Origin: a virus
Virus genome (UHGV): UHGV-0094578
Reading direction: 5' to 3' (one strand)
DNA: 31,822 nucleotides
Part shown: piece by piece, positions 7,381 through 17,280 of the stretch
How the letters are laid out: every line of letters begins with the position of its first letter
How positions within the stretch are numbered: the stretch's first letter is position 1
Translations under genes and position numbers: made by a program
Notes under the pieces: model-generated
Told to the model about the DNA's origin: nothing
The model's input: the letters and a program-made list of their open reading frames with translations, nothing else
Database searches by the model: none

Positions 7381-8442
7381 TCATGCCGCACCTTTATCTA
7401 TTGATTCTATGTAACTTAAATCAAAGTTTAGGTGCAACCTTTCCGGTATTTCGGGATCGTTGTTAACGGCCAGCATGAAACGGCGCTGGATGGGGGCAAT
7501 TTCGCTTTTCTTATAAATGCGTTCAGCCTTTTCAACATCCCCCAGTCCGGCAGTGTTCTGCGGGACAATACCGGCGAGGCCGGCAGGGAAACGGTGCGCG
7601 TTCAGAATGTCCTGTGCGCTGATGTTCTTGATGTTGGCAAATTCATCCTTAGCAGAAATATCACCCATTTCAATGAACTTGATGGCGTCGCCGTCTCCGC
7701 CGGGAATGTTGACAAGGATGGTGGAGAAGTTCCCGATCCCTTTGCTGTCACGCAGCTGCTGTTCAATTTCTTCCTCCATTTCGTCCGTCATGCTGGGATC
7801 GCGGGTATAAAGAATTCCGCCTGTGTGCGCACCGTTGTGGTAGTAGCGGCGTCGGAAAATGACCGCTTCACTGTTAAGTAACGCGGAATGCACACCGCCG
7901 ATGTAGTCCGGCAGTCCATAGATATGCTGTTGCGGGTCATACATTTTGATAAAGATAATATCTTCTTCTGGCCATATCTGCGGTTCCCCTTCCTGTAACA
8001 CTACGTAGTCACCGGGCTTATCCAGGGCGTTATCTCTGACTTTGCGGCGGCGTATATACAGACCGGGTAAGGGTTCAAGTGCGATCACGTCTCCCCAGCC
8101 GTTACGAATTTTGGCAATCGCAATATCCCCAAAGGTTATATAGTTATACGCTGCCGCTTCCAGCTGGTCGTGAATAAGTCCGCCACCCAAGTAATCTGAA
8201 ACAATCATGTTTTTGCGGGCGTGAATGATGCCGCCGTGCTGACCGTTAAGATTAATCAGCTGTGCGAGTGCCAGCCGGTCAATCGGCTGGGTGAAGTGAT
8301 CGGCGGCATTGTCGTACCAGATATCACGGTAATCTGTGCCGGTAGTCAGAACCGGTTCAGGTTTGCCGAATGTGATAATGCTCATCTTTTTTGATTTGTC
8401 GCCGCGCTGGTCGCGCTTAACAAAGCGTTTCTTTTTACTCAT
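7381..8442 (-). CDS. portal protein (P2 gpQ-like)
   Basis: 353 aa, AAGGAAAGAGG Shine-Dalgarno; start overlaps the stop of the upstream large terminase gene; P2-type head-gene order. Confidence 0.85.
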   Translation of the reverse strand: MSKKKRFVKRDQRGDKSKKMSIITFGKPEPVLTTGTDYRDIWYDNAADHFTQPIDRLALAQLINLNGQHGGIIHARKNMIVSDYLGGGLIHDQLEAAAYNYITFGDIAIAKIRNGWGDVIALEPLPGLYIRRRKVRDNALDKPGDYVVLQEGEPQIWPEEDIIFIKMYDPQQHIYGLPDYIGGVHSALLNSEAVIFRRRYYHNGAHTGGILYTRDPSMTDEMEEEIEQQLRDSKGIGNFSTILVNIPGGDGDAIKFIEMGDISAKDEFANIKNISAQDILNAHRFPAGLAGIVPQNTAGLGDVEKAERIYKKSEIAPIQRRFMLAVNNDPEIPERLHLNFDLSYIESIDKGAA

Positions 8443-10214
8443 GCAGCCTCTTTCCTTACACCCCAGCGGGATTTAGGTTTGTTTTCATAGTTAAGGGGTT
8501 CGTTATGCAGACCGTGGGCAATCGCCCAGAACGCCTCCGCGTGGCCAGTATCCTGGCTGCGGTCAGCGACAAACGTCATGGCGTTGCCGCTTTGTGTGGT
8601 GGTTCGGCGCACAGACATAAAGCTGGCAGCGATCTCTTTCAGGTTTTTATCCCACTCAATACGCTGGCTTTCCACCACGTCTACCGCTTTCAGTACCAGT
8701 TGATTTTTGGTGTTCAGGTCGTAACGAATAGGGACGGCCACGCGCATGGCAAAATGCTGAATGTTGTCAAAAACACCCTGGCCAATGCCGGTAACGTCCA
8801 CACCCAGATAAGTGAAGTTGTATTTTTTAAACAATTGCTCGATCTGTTTTGCTTGGTACCGGAAGTTCATGCCTTTCCAGTAAATCACCTTCAGAACGCG
8901 GAATTTCTCCACGGCGAGTATCGGCGGCGCGATGATGACAAAACAGGACAAATCACCGCTGCGAGCCGGGTCAAAGCCACCCCATACCGACCTGCCACCA
9001 AATGGCCGCGCTGCATCAGGGTTGTGATCCTGCCAGGTGTCGATTTCAACACCGCAGGCTTCCAGATCGGAAAAGCTGAAAACGGAATCTTTGCTGTCAA
9101 CGAACACGCACATATAGAGCATGTTAAAAGTGGCGTCGTTGTAGCGATTGCGAAGTTTCTCGATGTTCGCCAGGTTGAAACCGCCTGCAATGGCATCTTC
9201 CATCGTAATGACGTAGCGCCATTGCCCATCCGGGCAGAGTCGCCCGCCGTCACGCATTTCGTTAAAGGACGGAAACTTAATGGCCGCACGTTTTTTACTG
9301 CCCTGTTTCCACTCATCGCCCGTCCAGAACGGGTAAGCCTGGTGCGTTTTTGCCGATGGCGTTGAAAAATAGGTGGTGCGCCACTTGTCATGTGTGGCCA
9401 TTGCACTGGCCACTTCGTTAAGTTTTGCAAAGTTTGGCACCCAGAAATATTCGTCACAGTACAGGTGGCCACTGTAGGACTGGGCGGTGTTTTTGTTGGT
9501 GGAGAGAAAACGCAGTTCTGCGCCGTTGCTTAAGCGGATCGGGTTGCCGGTTAGCGTAATACCGAAATACTGCTCTGCAATATTCACGATGTAAGACCGG
9601 AACACTTCAGCCTGTGCCTTTGACGCTGACAGAAAGATTTGCGGATCGCCGGTCATCACCGCATTTTCAAACGCTTCAAACGCAAAATACCAGGTCGCAC
9701 CGATCTGGCGGCTTTTCAGGATGTTCCTGACAAGCTGGCCAATGTTATTGCGCAGGTGTTTCTGATATTCAAAAAGATGTTCCTCAGCCCATGCGTCAAA
9801 GTCCTCCTGCGTCAGCGACGTAATATCGTTTTTCTTGTATTTCCGTTTGCTGCGTGGTTCGTCGTCATTGTTGCCCCGCGCAGCTGCTTGCCCGGAACTC
9901 TGACCGCTGGCCATTTTCTCTTTGTGTTTATTACTCTGCGCACGCAGTTTCGTGGCATGAGCAATGAGCATGTCCATTTCTTTCAGGTCGAGATCGGTTT
10001 TGTTATCGCGGCTGGCCAGCAGCTGGTAACGGCGTTCAATTGCTTCCTCTGTGCTTTCAAAACTGAGCAAATCCGCCCAGCTGTATTTCTCCGCCCAGTA
10101 GTAAATGATCCGCGCATTCGGCAGATTTAATTCAGATGCGATTTCCTTTGGCGTATAGCGGCGCAGATAAAGTGCGCGAACAACGCCTTTTAATTCTTCA
10201 GAGTATTTAGCCAT
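8439..10214 (-). CDS. terminase large (ATPase) subunit (P2 gpP-like)
   Basis: 591 aa, divergent from the scaffold/capsid operon exactly as P and O are in P2. Confidence 0.9.
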   Translation of the reverse strand: MAKYSEELKGVVRALYLRRYTPKEIASELNLPNARIIYYWAEKYSWADLLSFESTEEAIERRYQLLASRDNKTDLDLKEMDMLIAHATKLRAQSNKHKEKMASGQSSGQAAARGNNDDEPRSKRKYKKNDITSLTQEDFDAWAEEHLFEYQKHLRNNIGQLVRNILKSRQIGATWYFAFEAFENAVMTGDPQIFLSASKAQAEVFRSYIVNIAEQYFGITLTGNPIRLSNGAELRFLSTNKNTAQSYSGHLYCDEYFWVPNFAKLNEVASAMATHDKWRTTYFSTPSAKTHQAYPFWTGDEWKQGSKKRAAIKFPSFNEMRDGGRLCPDGQWRYVITMEDAIAGGFNLANIEKLRNRYNDATFNMLYMCVFVDSKDSVFSFSDLEACGVEIDTWQDHNPDAARPFGGRSVWGGFDPARSGDLSCFVIIAPPILAVEKFRVLKVIYWKGMNFRYQAKQIEQLFKKYNFTYLGVDVTGIGQGVFDNIQHFAMRVAVPIRYDLNTKNQLVLKAVDVVESQRIEWDKNLKEIAASFMSVRRTTTQSGNAMTFVADRSQDTGHAEAFWAIAHGLHNEPLNYENKPKSRWGVRKEAA

Positions 10215-10268
10215 GCGGATAATTATGCCGTGGCTGTGATGAAAAAACGGTGGTGTTAATTCGTGTCT

Positions 10269-10293
10269 GTTCGGTAAAGCGTTATAACCGAAC
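10269..10293. promoter_or_regulatory. dyad GTTCGGT-N11-ACCGAAC in the divergent late promoter region
   Basis: 7-bp perfect arms centred between the terminase start (10214) and scaffold start (10376); candidate late-activator binding site. It does not match the P2 TGT-N12-ACA pattern. Confidence 0.35.
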
Positions 10294-10375
10294 TGTTCAG
10301 AATAAAGCGTAATGCGGTGGCGGTTTTATTTGGCAATAATTGATTTGCAGCGTCAGGGAGTGGAACAGGGGGGAT

Positions 10376-11179
10376 ATGTCACATTTAAAAACTGACTGGC
10401 TGTGTGTTGCTACTGAAGGGGATACCGTTGATGGCAGGGTAATTAAACGGCAGTGGATCATTGATATGGGGGAAACCTATGACTATAGCCACTATGTCGC
10501 TTTAATCTGGCCAGAACATGAGGATGATTGCGGGAATTTTGGTGAAGTGCTGGAAGCCACCTGGAATGATGGTGAAGATGGACAGGCACGGTTATATGTC
10601 AGCCTTTGCCCGAATATGCGTCTGATTTTCGCAAATCATGAAGATCAGCTTTTGTTCTTCTCCATTGAGCCGGAAGATAACTGGCGCGGTAGCGGGCGTA
10701 CTTACCTGAAAGGGCTGGCGGTAACAGATACACCTGCCAGCGTTGGCACCACACGGCTGCGCTTTAGTAGTCGGCGCAATAAATTAACAAAGCAGGGATA
10801 TTACAGCTGTGTAATTTCCCGCGACGGAAAAATTAAACAGGAAGCAAGAATGAAGAACTGGCAGAAACTGTTTGGTATTAAGCCAAAGTTTGAAGATGAA
10901 ACGCCGCAGGATAATCTTGCTCCGGATGAAGATAAATTACAGGCGCTTGCCAATGTGGTGAACGATCTGGAAGCGCGAGTGGCGAAAATTGAAACTCAAC
11001 TGAATGACGTTCAGGGTGATATTGACACAATTGCTGAAGTGGTGGATACGCAGGAATTTGCGGCAATTCGCGATAATGCAAAAGAAATCGTAACCCGCTT
11101 TAACGAACTGGGTAATAAAAACACCCGTACACCGGGGCGTACTATAAAAGATAAAGCCGGGAAATTTAATTTCCTGTAA
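10376..11179 (+). CDS. capsid scaffolding protein (P2 gpO-like)
   Basis: ATG 10376 after a G-rich Shine-Dalgarno (track start 10340 is TTG); N-terminus ...ATEGDTVDGRVI... resembles the gpO N-terminus by recollection. Confidence 0.8.
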   Translation: MSHLKTDWLCVATEGDTVDGRVIKRQWIIDMGETYDYSHYVALIWPEHEDDCGNFGEVLEATWNDGEDGQARLYVSLCPNMRLIFANHEDQLLFFSIEPEDNWRGSGRTYLKGLAVTDTPASVGTTRLRFSSRRNKLTKQGYYSCVISRDGKIKQEARMKNWQKLFGIKPKFEDETPQDNLAPDEDKLQALANVVNDLEARVAKIETQLNDVQGDIDTIAEVVDTQEFAAIRDNAKEIVTRFNELGNKNTRTPGRTIKDKAGKFNFL

Positions 11180-11241
11180 TTCGCTTTATTGCTAATTAGC
11201 CCAGAATATATTTTTAAATCGCTTAATTGCGAGGGAGTTTT

Positions 11242-12264
11242 ATGCACCTTAATAATAGTGCGCGGGATTTACTGGATAAATATTCGGCGGGGATGGCGCA
11301 GCAGTTTGGTGCGCGTGATACCAGTCGATATTTTTCCCTGAATGACCCACAGGAAAATGCGCTGCGTCTTGCGTTGCTGGAGTCCGTCGAGTTCCTGAAC
11401 ATGATCACCTGTCTGGATGTTGACCAGCTGAGTGGCCAGGTGATCTCTGTCGGTTCCTCTGTGCTGCATACCGGCCGCAGCGAAAATGGCCGTTTCATTC
11501 GTCAGGTAGGCGTTGACGGTAATGACTATTCCCTGGTTGAAACAGACAGCTGTGCCGCGTTGCGCTGGGATCTGCTTTCTGTCTGGGCAAACGCCGGTAA
11601 GGACGAAAACGAGTTTTACAACCTGGTACAGGCATTCACCACGCAGGCTTTTGCGCTGGATATGTTGCGCATTGGTTTTAACGGTAAAAGTCGCGCGAAA
11701 ACCACTGATCCGGAAACTAACCCGAACGGCGAGGATGTGAACGTTGGCTGGCATGAGCGTATGAAAACGCTGCTGGGCGGCAATCAGATTATGACGGATG
11801 CCGTGGTGCTTGATGAGGCCGGGGATTACAAATCACTGGATGCAATGGCGTCCGATCTGATTAACGCCAAAATCCCGGCACAGTTCCGCAATGACCCGCG
11901 TCTGGTTGTTCTGGTTGGTGCCGATCTGGTCGCAGCTGAACAATACCGACTGTATCAGGCAGCAGACCGTCCGACTGAAAAAATCGCGGCGCAGATGCTG
12001 GGAAGCACCATTGCTGGCCGTCCGGCTATTATCCCGCCGTTTATGCCGGGTAAACGCATGGTGGTTACGCCGCTTTCTAACCTGCACATCTACACCCAGC
12101 GCAATACCCGTATGCGTAAGGCGGAGTTTGTTGAAGATCGTAAGCAGTTCGAAAACAAATACCTGCGCAATGAAGGTTACGCGGTGGAAGTGCCGGAGCT
12201 GTATGCGGCTATTGATGAATCCGCTGTGACAATCGGCAAAGTCTCCGAACCGGTGGAGGGTTGA
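11242..12264 (+). CDS. major capsid protein (P2 gpN-like)
   Basis: ATG 11242 after GAGGGAG; internal segments (GFNGKSRAKTTDPETNP, GDYKSLDAM, DPRLVVLVGADL) parallel P2 gpN as I recall it. Confidence 0.9.
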   Translation: MHLNNSARDLLDKYSAGMAQQFGARDTSRYFSLNDPQENALRLALLESVEFLNMITCLDVDQLSGQVISVGSSVLHTGRSENGRFIRQVGVDGNDYSLVETDSCAALRWDLLSVWANAGKDENEFYNLVQAFTTQAFALDMLRIGFNGKSRAKTTDPETNPNGEDVNVGWHERMKTLLGGNQIMTDAVVLDEAGDYKSLDAMASDLINAKIPAQFRNDPRLVVLVGADLVAAEQYRLYQAADRPTEKIAAQMLGSTIAGRPAIIPPFMPGKRMVVTPLSNLHIYTQRNTRMRKAEFVEDRKQFENKYLRNEGYAVEVPELYAAIDESAVTIGKVSEPVEG

Positions 12265-12267
12265 TAA

Positions 12268-12969
12268 ATGGCACTTTCCCCCGCGCAGCGTCACAGCCAG
12301 CGTATTGCGATGGAACAAAAGCTGAAGCGCAGCCAGGCACTGGAAACCACGGAAAGTATGCACCTGCTGGTCAGGGCGCTGGAAACTGATGTGGAATATA
12401 TTCGAAGTCTGCCTACCATCGCCGAGCGCGTCGAGGACAAACGCAATGTGCTGTTGCCGCGCTGGGTTCCCACTGTGGAAGCCTATCTGGAGAGTGGCCA
12501 GGAGTATGCAAATCCGGTTTTCGCCTGGTGTGTTATCTGGCTGTTTGACGTGGGCGATCTGGATAAGGCGCTGGACTGGGCTGACATTGCTATCAGCCAG
12601 CAGCAGGCAACCCCGGATCGGTTACGCAGCAATTTTCCCACTTTCGTGGCGGATACGATGCTGGCATGGGCGCAGGAAACCGCAGGGCGCGGGGAAAGTG
12701 TGGAGCCTTATTTCACCCGCACGTTTGAGCGGGTGGCAAACACCTGGCGACTGCATGAGCAGGTGACGGCCAAATGGTTCAAGTTTGCCGGTCAGGAGTT
12801 GCTACGCAATGACGATGGCCAGAAAACGGCGGCGGGTGTGGATGATATTGAAACGCTGGAAAAAGCCGATCAGCTGCTGGCTATTGCAGAAAAACACTAC
12901 TCAAAAATTGGCGTCAAAACGGCGCGGCAGACAATTGCCGCCCGTATCCGAAAACTGACTCAAGGGTAA
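12268..12969 (+). CDS. terminase small / endonuclease subunit (P2 gpM-like)
   Basis: 233 aa directly after the capsid gene; call by synteny and size. Confidence 0.7.
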   Translation: MALSPAQRHSQRIAMEQKLKRSQALETTESMHLLVRALETDVEYIRSLPTIAERVEDKRNVLLPRWVPTVEAYLESGQEYANPVFAWCVIWLFDVGDLDKALDWADIAISQQQATPDRLRSNFPTFVADTMLAWAQETAGRGESVEPYFTRTFERVANTWRLHEQVTAKWFKFAGQELLRNDDGQKTAAGVDDIETLEKADQLLAIAEKHYSKIGVKTARQTIAARIRKLTQG

Positions 12970-13065
12970 AGACTACCGCAAGCCAGGCGGACGCGGTGGA
13001 GGGCAGAACACCTTGTGTGTAACTGCGCCGTGGAAACCGGCCAGTCCGCCTTTTTCGGGGGATTT

Positions 13066-13518
13066 ATGTTTAGCGGAAAGCCGCTGGATTATCAGGATGA
13101 ACCGCTGTCCAATAACGGATTCTGGCCAGATCTGAATCTGAAGGATTTTCAAGCGCAGCGGTCACTACCGCCAGATATTGACGCTGACACCATCAGCCAG
13201 GCGTTGCTTGCAGCGGTGGCGGAGGTGAATGCGGAGCTGGAAAACGTGGAGTCCAGTTGGATAGCGAAAGGCTACACGCTGGCGGCAGAGGTACCAGGTG
13301 TAAAAATGGGCGGACTGAACAGCCTGTGCGCCCAGTATATGAAGGCCGTTTTTGCCAGGGCAAAAGCGGATCTGCTGGGGGAGTTCGCCACTATCGGGCG
13401 GCGCGATACTCATCCGGGACAGGAAAGTATGGAAACCCGAGCGGGGTTACTGGCTGAAGCATCGGTGGTGATCCGCCGTATGAAAGGGCTGAAACGGGCA
13501 ACGGTGAAAAAAGTATGA
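13066..13518 (+). CDS. head completion/stabilisation protein (P2 gpL-like)
   Basis: ATG 13066 after GGGGGA; follows the small terminase as in P2. Confidence 0.75.
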   Translation: MFSGKPLDYQDEPLSNNGFWPDLNLKDFQAQRSLPPDIDADTISQALLAAVAEVNAELENVESSWIAKGYTLAAEVPGVKMGGLNSLCAQYMKAVFARAKADLLGEFATIGRRDTHPGQESMETRAGLLAEASVVIRRMKGLKRATVKKV

Positions 13519-14021
13519 GCCAGACGCAGATCCAAAGCCTGACCACATTTTTTAAAGATAACGTCCCGCCCCGTGCGATGCAGTCATTTGACAGTGTGCT
13601 GGATGAGATGAAGTTCATTCCTGCGGCGAAGGATTACGGGCTGGGACAATATCGCCAGGCGGTTATCCGATATGACGCGGTTCTGAGCTGGGAGCGTTTC
13701 CCGTATCGCCTTTGCCCGCCGCCGTTGCTTATGTCCTTACTGGCTGCGTGGCTGGATGATGCTGACAGGGAACTACTGGATGAAGTGGGGCTGAGTGAAG
13801 CTGAACCTGACTGGGATGTGTCGGTGGAGGATGAGGAAGTGGCCACTGTGGTGCTGACTGTTCCGATGGTAGAAGAACTGGTGATCAGGCAGGACGAAAA
13901 AGGGGCTATTCCGTGGCGGGGTGAGCGCTGGTCACTGGTTGAACCTGAAATCTGGACGGCACTGACCGCCAGTATTTACAGCGTGGATGAGGCCGGTGCG
14001 CCGGTGGGGGATAGCGAATGA
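13515..14021 (+). CDS. putative head-tail joining / tail completion protein
   Basis: ATGA coupling to gpL; acidic 168-aa protein; function inferred from position only. Confidence 0.45.
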   Translation: MSQTQIQSLTTFFKDNVPPRAMQSFDSVLDEMKFIPAAKDYGLGQYRQAVIRYDAVLSWERFPYRLCPPPLLMSLLAAWLDDADRELLDEVGLSEAEPDWDVSVEDEEVATVVLTVPMVEELVIRQDEKGAIPWRGERWSLVEPEIWTALTASIYSVDEAGAPVGDSE

Positions 14022-14725
14022 TTGCCGGTGGCGAGCTGAATAAAAAACAGCTGGCCGAATTGCGCAAGGCACTGGCCAGCATGGAGCTGCCGCCGAGAAA
14101 ACGGCAGCGTCTGATCTGGCGTCTGGCCAAATATGGCGTGATTGCTGCGGCAAAACGGCATGTGCGCAATCAGGAATCCCCGGATGGTCAGAAGTGGCCG
14201 GGACGTAAGACAAAACGCAAAGGGAAGATGCTGCGCAACCTGCCAAAGCTGCTGCATATCCGTGAAATGCCAGAAATTCAGGCTGTGCGGATCTATTTAC
14301 AGGGTGGTGGATACCGGAACGGGGAAGCGCCGGTACCAGCCGGAACGGTGGGGTACGCGCAACAAAACGGAATGCGCGTAAAGGTCAGCCGCAGTAATCA
14401 GCCACGGAAGGCAGAGGCCGGGAAAATGGCGACGCCTGCCCAGGCCAAAAAATTACGGGCGCTGGGGTACCGGGTGAAAACCGGTAAGAGATGGAAAAAG
14501 CCCACACTGGGCGAAATCACCAAAACTATGCCATACAGCCAGGCGGGGCTGCTGATTCGAAAACTCAGTAATAAAGCCGTGATAACCAGCTGGACAGTGG
14601 ATCTTCCTGCTCGTGTGTTTCTGGGCATGAATGATGATGAATTTGACAAGGCGCTGGCGCGTCAGCTTCAGGCCATAGGCTTTGGCTGGGACGTTAAGGC
14701 GCAGGATATTAAGGGGAAAGCATGA
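14018..14725 (+). CDS. putative virion morphogenesis / tail completion protein
   Basis: ATGA-coupled 235-aa basic protein; position only. Confidence 0.45.
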   Translation: MIAGGELNKKQLAELRKALASMELPPRKRQRLIWRLAKYGVIAAAKRHVRNQESPDGQKWPGRKTKRKGKMLRNLPKLLHIREMPEIQAVRIYLQGGGYRNGEAPVPAGTVGYAQQNGMRVKVSRSNQPRKAEAGKMATPAQAKKLRALGYRVKTGKRWKKPTLGEITKTMPYSQAGLLIRKLSNKAVITSWTVDLPARVFLGMNDDEFDKALARQLQAIGFGWDVKAQDIKGKA

Positions 14726-15849
14726 CCTGGCCAATTGTGACCGTAAACCAGGTAAATCAGCTGATGGGCGAAACCAATGAAGTGGAACGCACACTGCTGT
14801 TTATCGGTTCGGGTACCAAAAATGTGGGGAAAACGCTGGCGGTGAATGCCCAGAGTGATTTTGATTCACTGCTGGGCGAGGAAGATAGCCCGCTGAAAAA
14901 TGATGTTCTGGCTGCGCTGGCGAACGCTGGTCAGAACTGGTGGGGATTCATTCACGTCCTGCCAGCTGACGCGGAGGCGGACGCCTGGGTGAAAGCGGTT
15001 CTGGCCGCGCAGGTGGTGTGCTCTGTGGAAGGCGTGGTGCTGTCTGACGTTGTGACCGCTAAAGCGCAGGTAAATCAGGCCGTGACGTTACGATCCACCA
15101 TGATTTCAAAGTATGGCCGCTGGGTGTGGTTCATTCTGGCCGCACAGGGAATGCAGGACGAAGAAGCCCAGGCGGATTATCTGGTACGCATGGCCACCCT
15201 TCAGGATGGTATTGCAGAAAAGTCGGTTCAGTTGGTTCCCCGTCTGTGGGGAAATGAACCGGGTGTGCTGGCTGGTCGCCTGTGTAGCTGTATGGTGACT
15301 ATTGCAGATAGTCCGGCGAGAGTTAAAACCGGTGCACTAATGAATCTGGGCAGTGACGAAATGCCGGTTGATGGTACCGGAGAAGTTCTTGAGTTGGCCA
15401 CGCTTCAGGCGCTGGAAGCACAGCGTTTCAGTGTGCCAATGTGGTACCCGGATTATGACGGTTTTTACTGGTCTGATGGCCGCACGTTGGACGTTGAGGG
15501 CGGCGATTATCAGTCGATTGAAACTTTGCGCGTCGCGGATAAAGCTGCCCGCCGTGTTCGTTTGCTGGCTATCAGTAAAATCGCTGATCGTTCGCTGAAT
15601 AGCACGCCAGGAAGTATCGCCGCACATCAGACACTGTTCGCCAGTCCACTGCGCGAAATGTCTACTGCGGCCAGCATTAATGGGGTGTCATTTCCCGGAG
15701 AAGTGAAGCCGCCGCAGGATGGTGATGTGTCCATTGTCTGGAAGAACAAAAAGGCAGTTGATATTTACATTGTGGTACGCACCTGGGAAGTGCCACTGCA
15801 AATCACCATCAGCCTGTTACTGGATGCCAGTCTGGAGGCTATAGCATGA
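14722..15849 (+). CDS. putative tail sheath-like structural protein
   Basis: 375 aa, coupled to the neighbours, followed by a ~150-aa gene; a sheath/tube pair by order and size. Not P2 FI-like in sequence as far as I can judge. Confidence 0.45.
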   Translation: MTWPIVTVNQVNQLMGETNEVERTLLFIGSGTKNVGKTLAVNAQSDFDSLLGEEDSPLKNDVLAALANAGQNWWGFIHVLPADAEADAWVKAVLAAQVVCSVEGVVLSDVVTAKAQVNQAVTLRSTMISKYGRWVWFILAAQGMQDEEAQADYLVRMATLQDGIAEKSVQLVPRLWGNEPGVLAGRLCSCMVTIADSPARVKTGALMNLGSDEMPVDGTGEVLELATLQALEAQRFSVPMWYPDYDGFYWSDGRTLDVEGGDYQSIETLRVADKAARRVRLLAISKIADRSLNSTPGSIAAHQTLFASPLREMSTAASINGVSFPGEVKPPQDGDVSIVWKNKKAVDIYIVVRTWEVPLQITISLLLDASLEAIA

Positions 15850-16301
15850 CCAAACGTATTTCAGGTATGTCGTTTGACACTTATATGGATGGCGAACTGA
15901 TCCATATCGAGAAAATTACGCTCGATATTACGGATAACAGCGTTGCCGCCCAGACGCGTGGCGTCCCTGATGGGTATGTGGATGGCGATGTTGCCGCTGA
16001 AGGGGAGATTGAAGTCAGTTCAAAAACACTTCAGGTGCTGACAGCCAAAGCCCGCGCAGCGGGTTCATGGCGCGGACTTCCACCACTTGATTTTCTTTTC
16101 TATGCCAAAGCCAGTAGCGAAGAAATGAAGGTGGAGACGTTCGGCAATAAATTACAGGTCAGCAACCTGCTGGATATTGATCCGAAGGGGGGCGGCGTGA
16201 CCACGCACAAAATCAAATATTTCGTGACCAGTCCTAAATTCGTCAACATTAACGGTGTGCCGTATCTGGAAGCGGAAGCTACAGAAAACCTGATCGGATA
16301 A
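15846..16301 (+). CDS. putative tail tube protein
   Basis: 151 aa, ATGA-coupled to the sheath-like gene. Confidence 0.45.
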   Translation: MTKRISGMSFDTYMDGELIHIEKITLDITDNSVAAQTRGVPDGYVDGDVAAEGEIEVSSKTLQVLTAKARAAGSWRGLPPLDFLFYAKASSEEMKVETFGNKLQVSNLLDIDPKGGGVTTHKIKYFVTSPKFVNINGVPYLEAEATENLIG

Positions 16302-16311
16302 GGACATCGCA

Positions 16312-16614
16312 ATGCAAGAACATGAAAAGAGTCTGTATTCACTGCTAGTTATTGGGGGATTGATTGCTGTCGGCAATGTGCTGAACAGTAATGACCCGAT
16401 TACGCCCCGCCTGTTTGCTGGCCGTGTGATCCTGGGCAGTCTGGTTTCTGTGGTAGCAGGGACGGCGTTGATTCAGATCCCGGATGCCAGTCCGCTGGCC
16501 ATTCAGGGGCTGGGGGCTGCGTTAGGGATCGCTGGGTATCAGGCGGTGGAAGTGTGGCTGCGCAGGCGTGCTATGGGAAAGCAGGATGGGAGCAAAAATA
16601 ATGACTCTGAGTGA
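16312..16614 (+). CDS. holin
   Basis: 100 aa with three hydrophobic segments and a charged C-terminus (RRRAMGKQDGSK); immediately precedes the endolysin. Confidence 0.6.
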   Translation: MQEHEKSLYSLLVIGGLIAVGNVLNSNDPITPRLFAGRVILGSLVSVVAGTALIQIPDASPLAIQGLGAALGIAGYQAVEVWLRRRAMGKQDGSKNNDSE

Positions 16615-16942
16615 AAAACAGCAATTGTTTACTGTCATGGTGGCCAATCTGATCCACTGGGCAGAAGAACATGGCTACCGACTGACATTCGGTGAGGTTT
16701 ACCGTACACCAGAACAGGCTGCGCTGAATGAGAAGAAAGGTAGTGGTATTTCTAACAGTCTGCACACCCAGCGGTTGGCTGTAGATTTTAATTTGTTCGT
16801 GAATGATCAGTACAAAACTCGCACAGAAGATTATCTGCCGCTGGGGGAGTTCTGGGAATCTCTAGGTGGAGTCTGGGGCGGGCGCTTCAAATCCAGGCCG
16901 GATGGCAATCATTTCAGCCTGGAACATAACGGGGTGCGCTAA
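16601..16942 (+). CDS. endolysin, peptidase M15-type (L-alanyl-D-glutamate endopeptidase-like)
   Basis: ATG 16601 after GGATGGGAG; SLHTQRLAVD resembles the SxHxxGxAxD zinc-binding signature, plus a C-terminal DGNH. Confidence 0.7.
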   Translation: MTLSEKQQLFTVMVANLIHWAEEHGYRLTFGEVYRTPEQAALNEKKGSGISNSLHTQRLAVDFNLFVNDQYKTRTEDYLPLGEFWESLGGVWGGRFKSRPDGNHFSLEHNGVR

Positions 16943-17280
16943 TGAGCTGCGGGCAGTGGCTGATTGTGGTAGCGCTGGCGTTTGTCTGGGGCTGGCTTAC
17001 CGCAGATTGGCGGCGAGATAGCCTGGAACTGGCAATTAATAGCGCGGCACAGGTAGCAGGCAATGAATCACGGAAGGTGATGCAGGGTATCGCCAGTGAT
17101 TCGGCCAGAAAGCTGGAAGATAAACTGGAGGCGTTAAGAAATGCTCAACCACTTGAGATCCGCACTGAAGTGCTTAAGCCCGTTTTTACCAGTCGTTGCC
17201 TGTCTGATGAGTTTGTCAGCATGTACAACCATGCCGCAACCGGTACCGAACGTGCGTTATCAGGAAAATCTGAAAACTAA
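16942..17280 (+). CDS. Rz-like inner-membrane spanin
   Basis: N-terminal transmembrane helix (WLIVVALAFVWGWL), coiled-coil-like remainder, directly after the endolysin. Confidence 0.6.
   Translation: MSCGQWLIVVALAFVWGWLTADWRRDSLELAINSAAQVAGNESRKVMQGIASDSARKLEDKLEALRNAQPLEIRTEVLKPVFTSRCLSDEFVSMYNHAATGTERALSGKSEN

Noticed and set aside
7432-10130. Plus-strand ORFs inside the portal and terminase genes (7432..7881, 7517..7810, 8505..9365, 9639..10130) and minus-strand 8891..9472
   Set aside because: Antisense or alternate-frame ORFs within strongly supported head genes; typical of higher-GC coding DNA.
12970-13065. Inverted repeat GGCGGAC ... GTCCGCC followed by TTTTT between the small terminase and head completion genes, considered as an intra-operon terminator
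   Set aside because: The arms are separated by about 50 nt, so the structure is not a compact terminator hairpin; it sits inside an otherwise continuous late operon.
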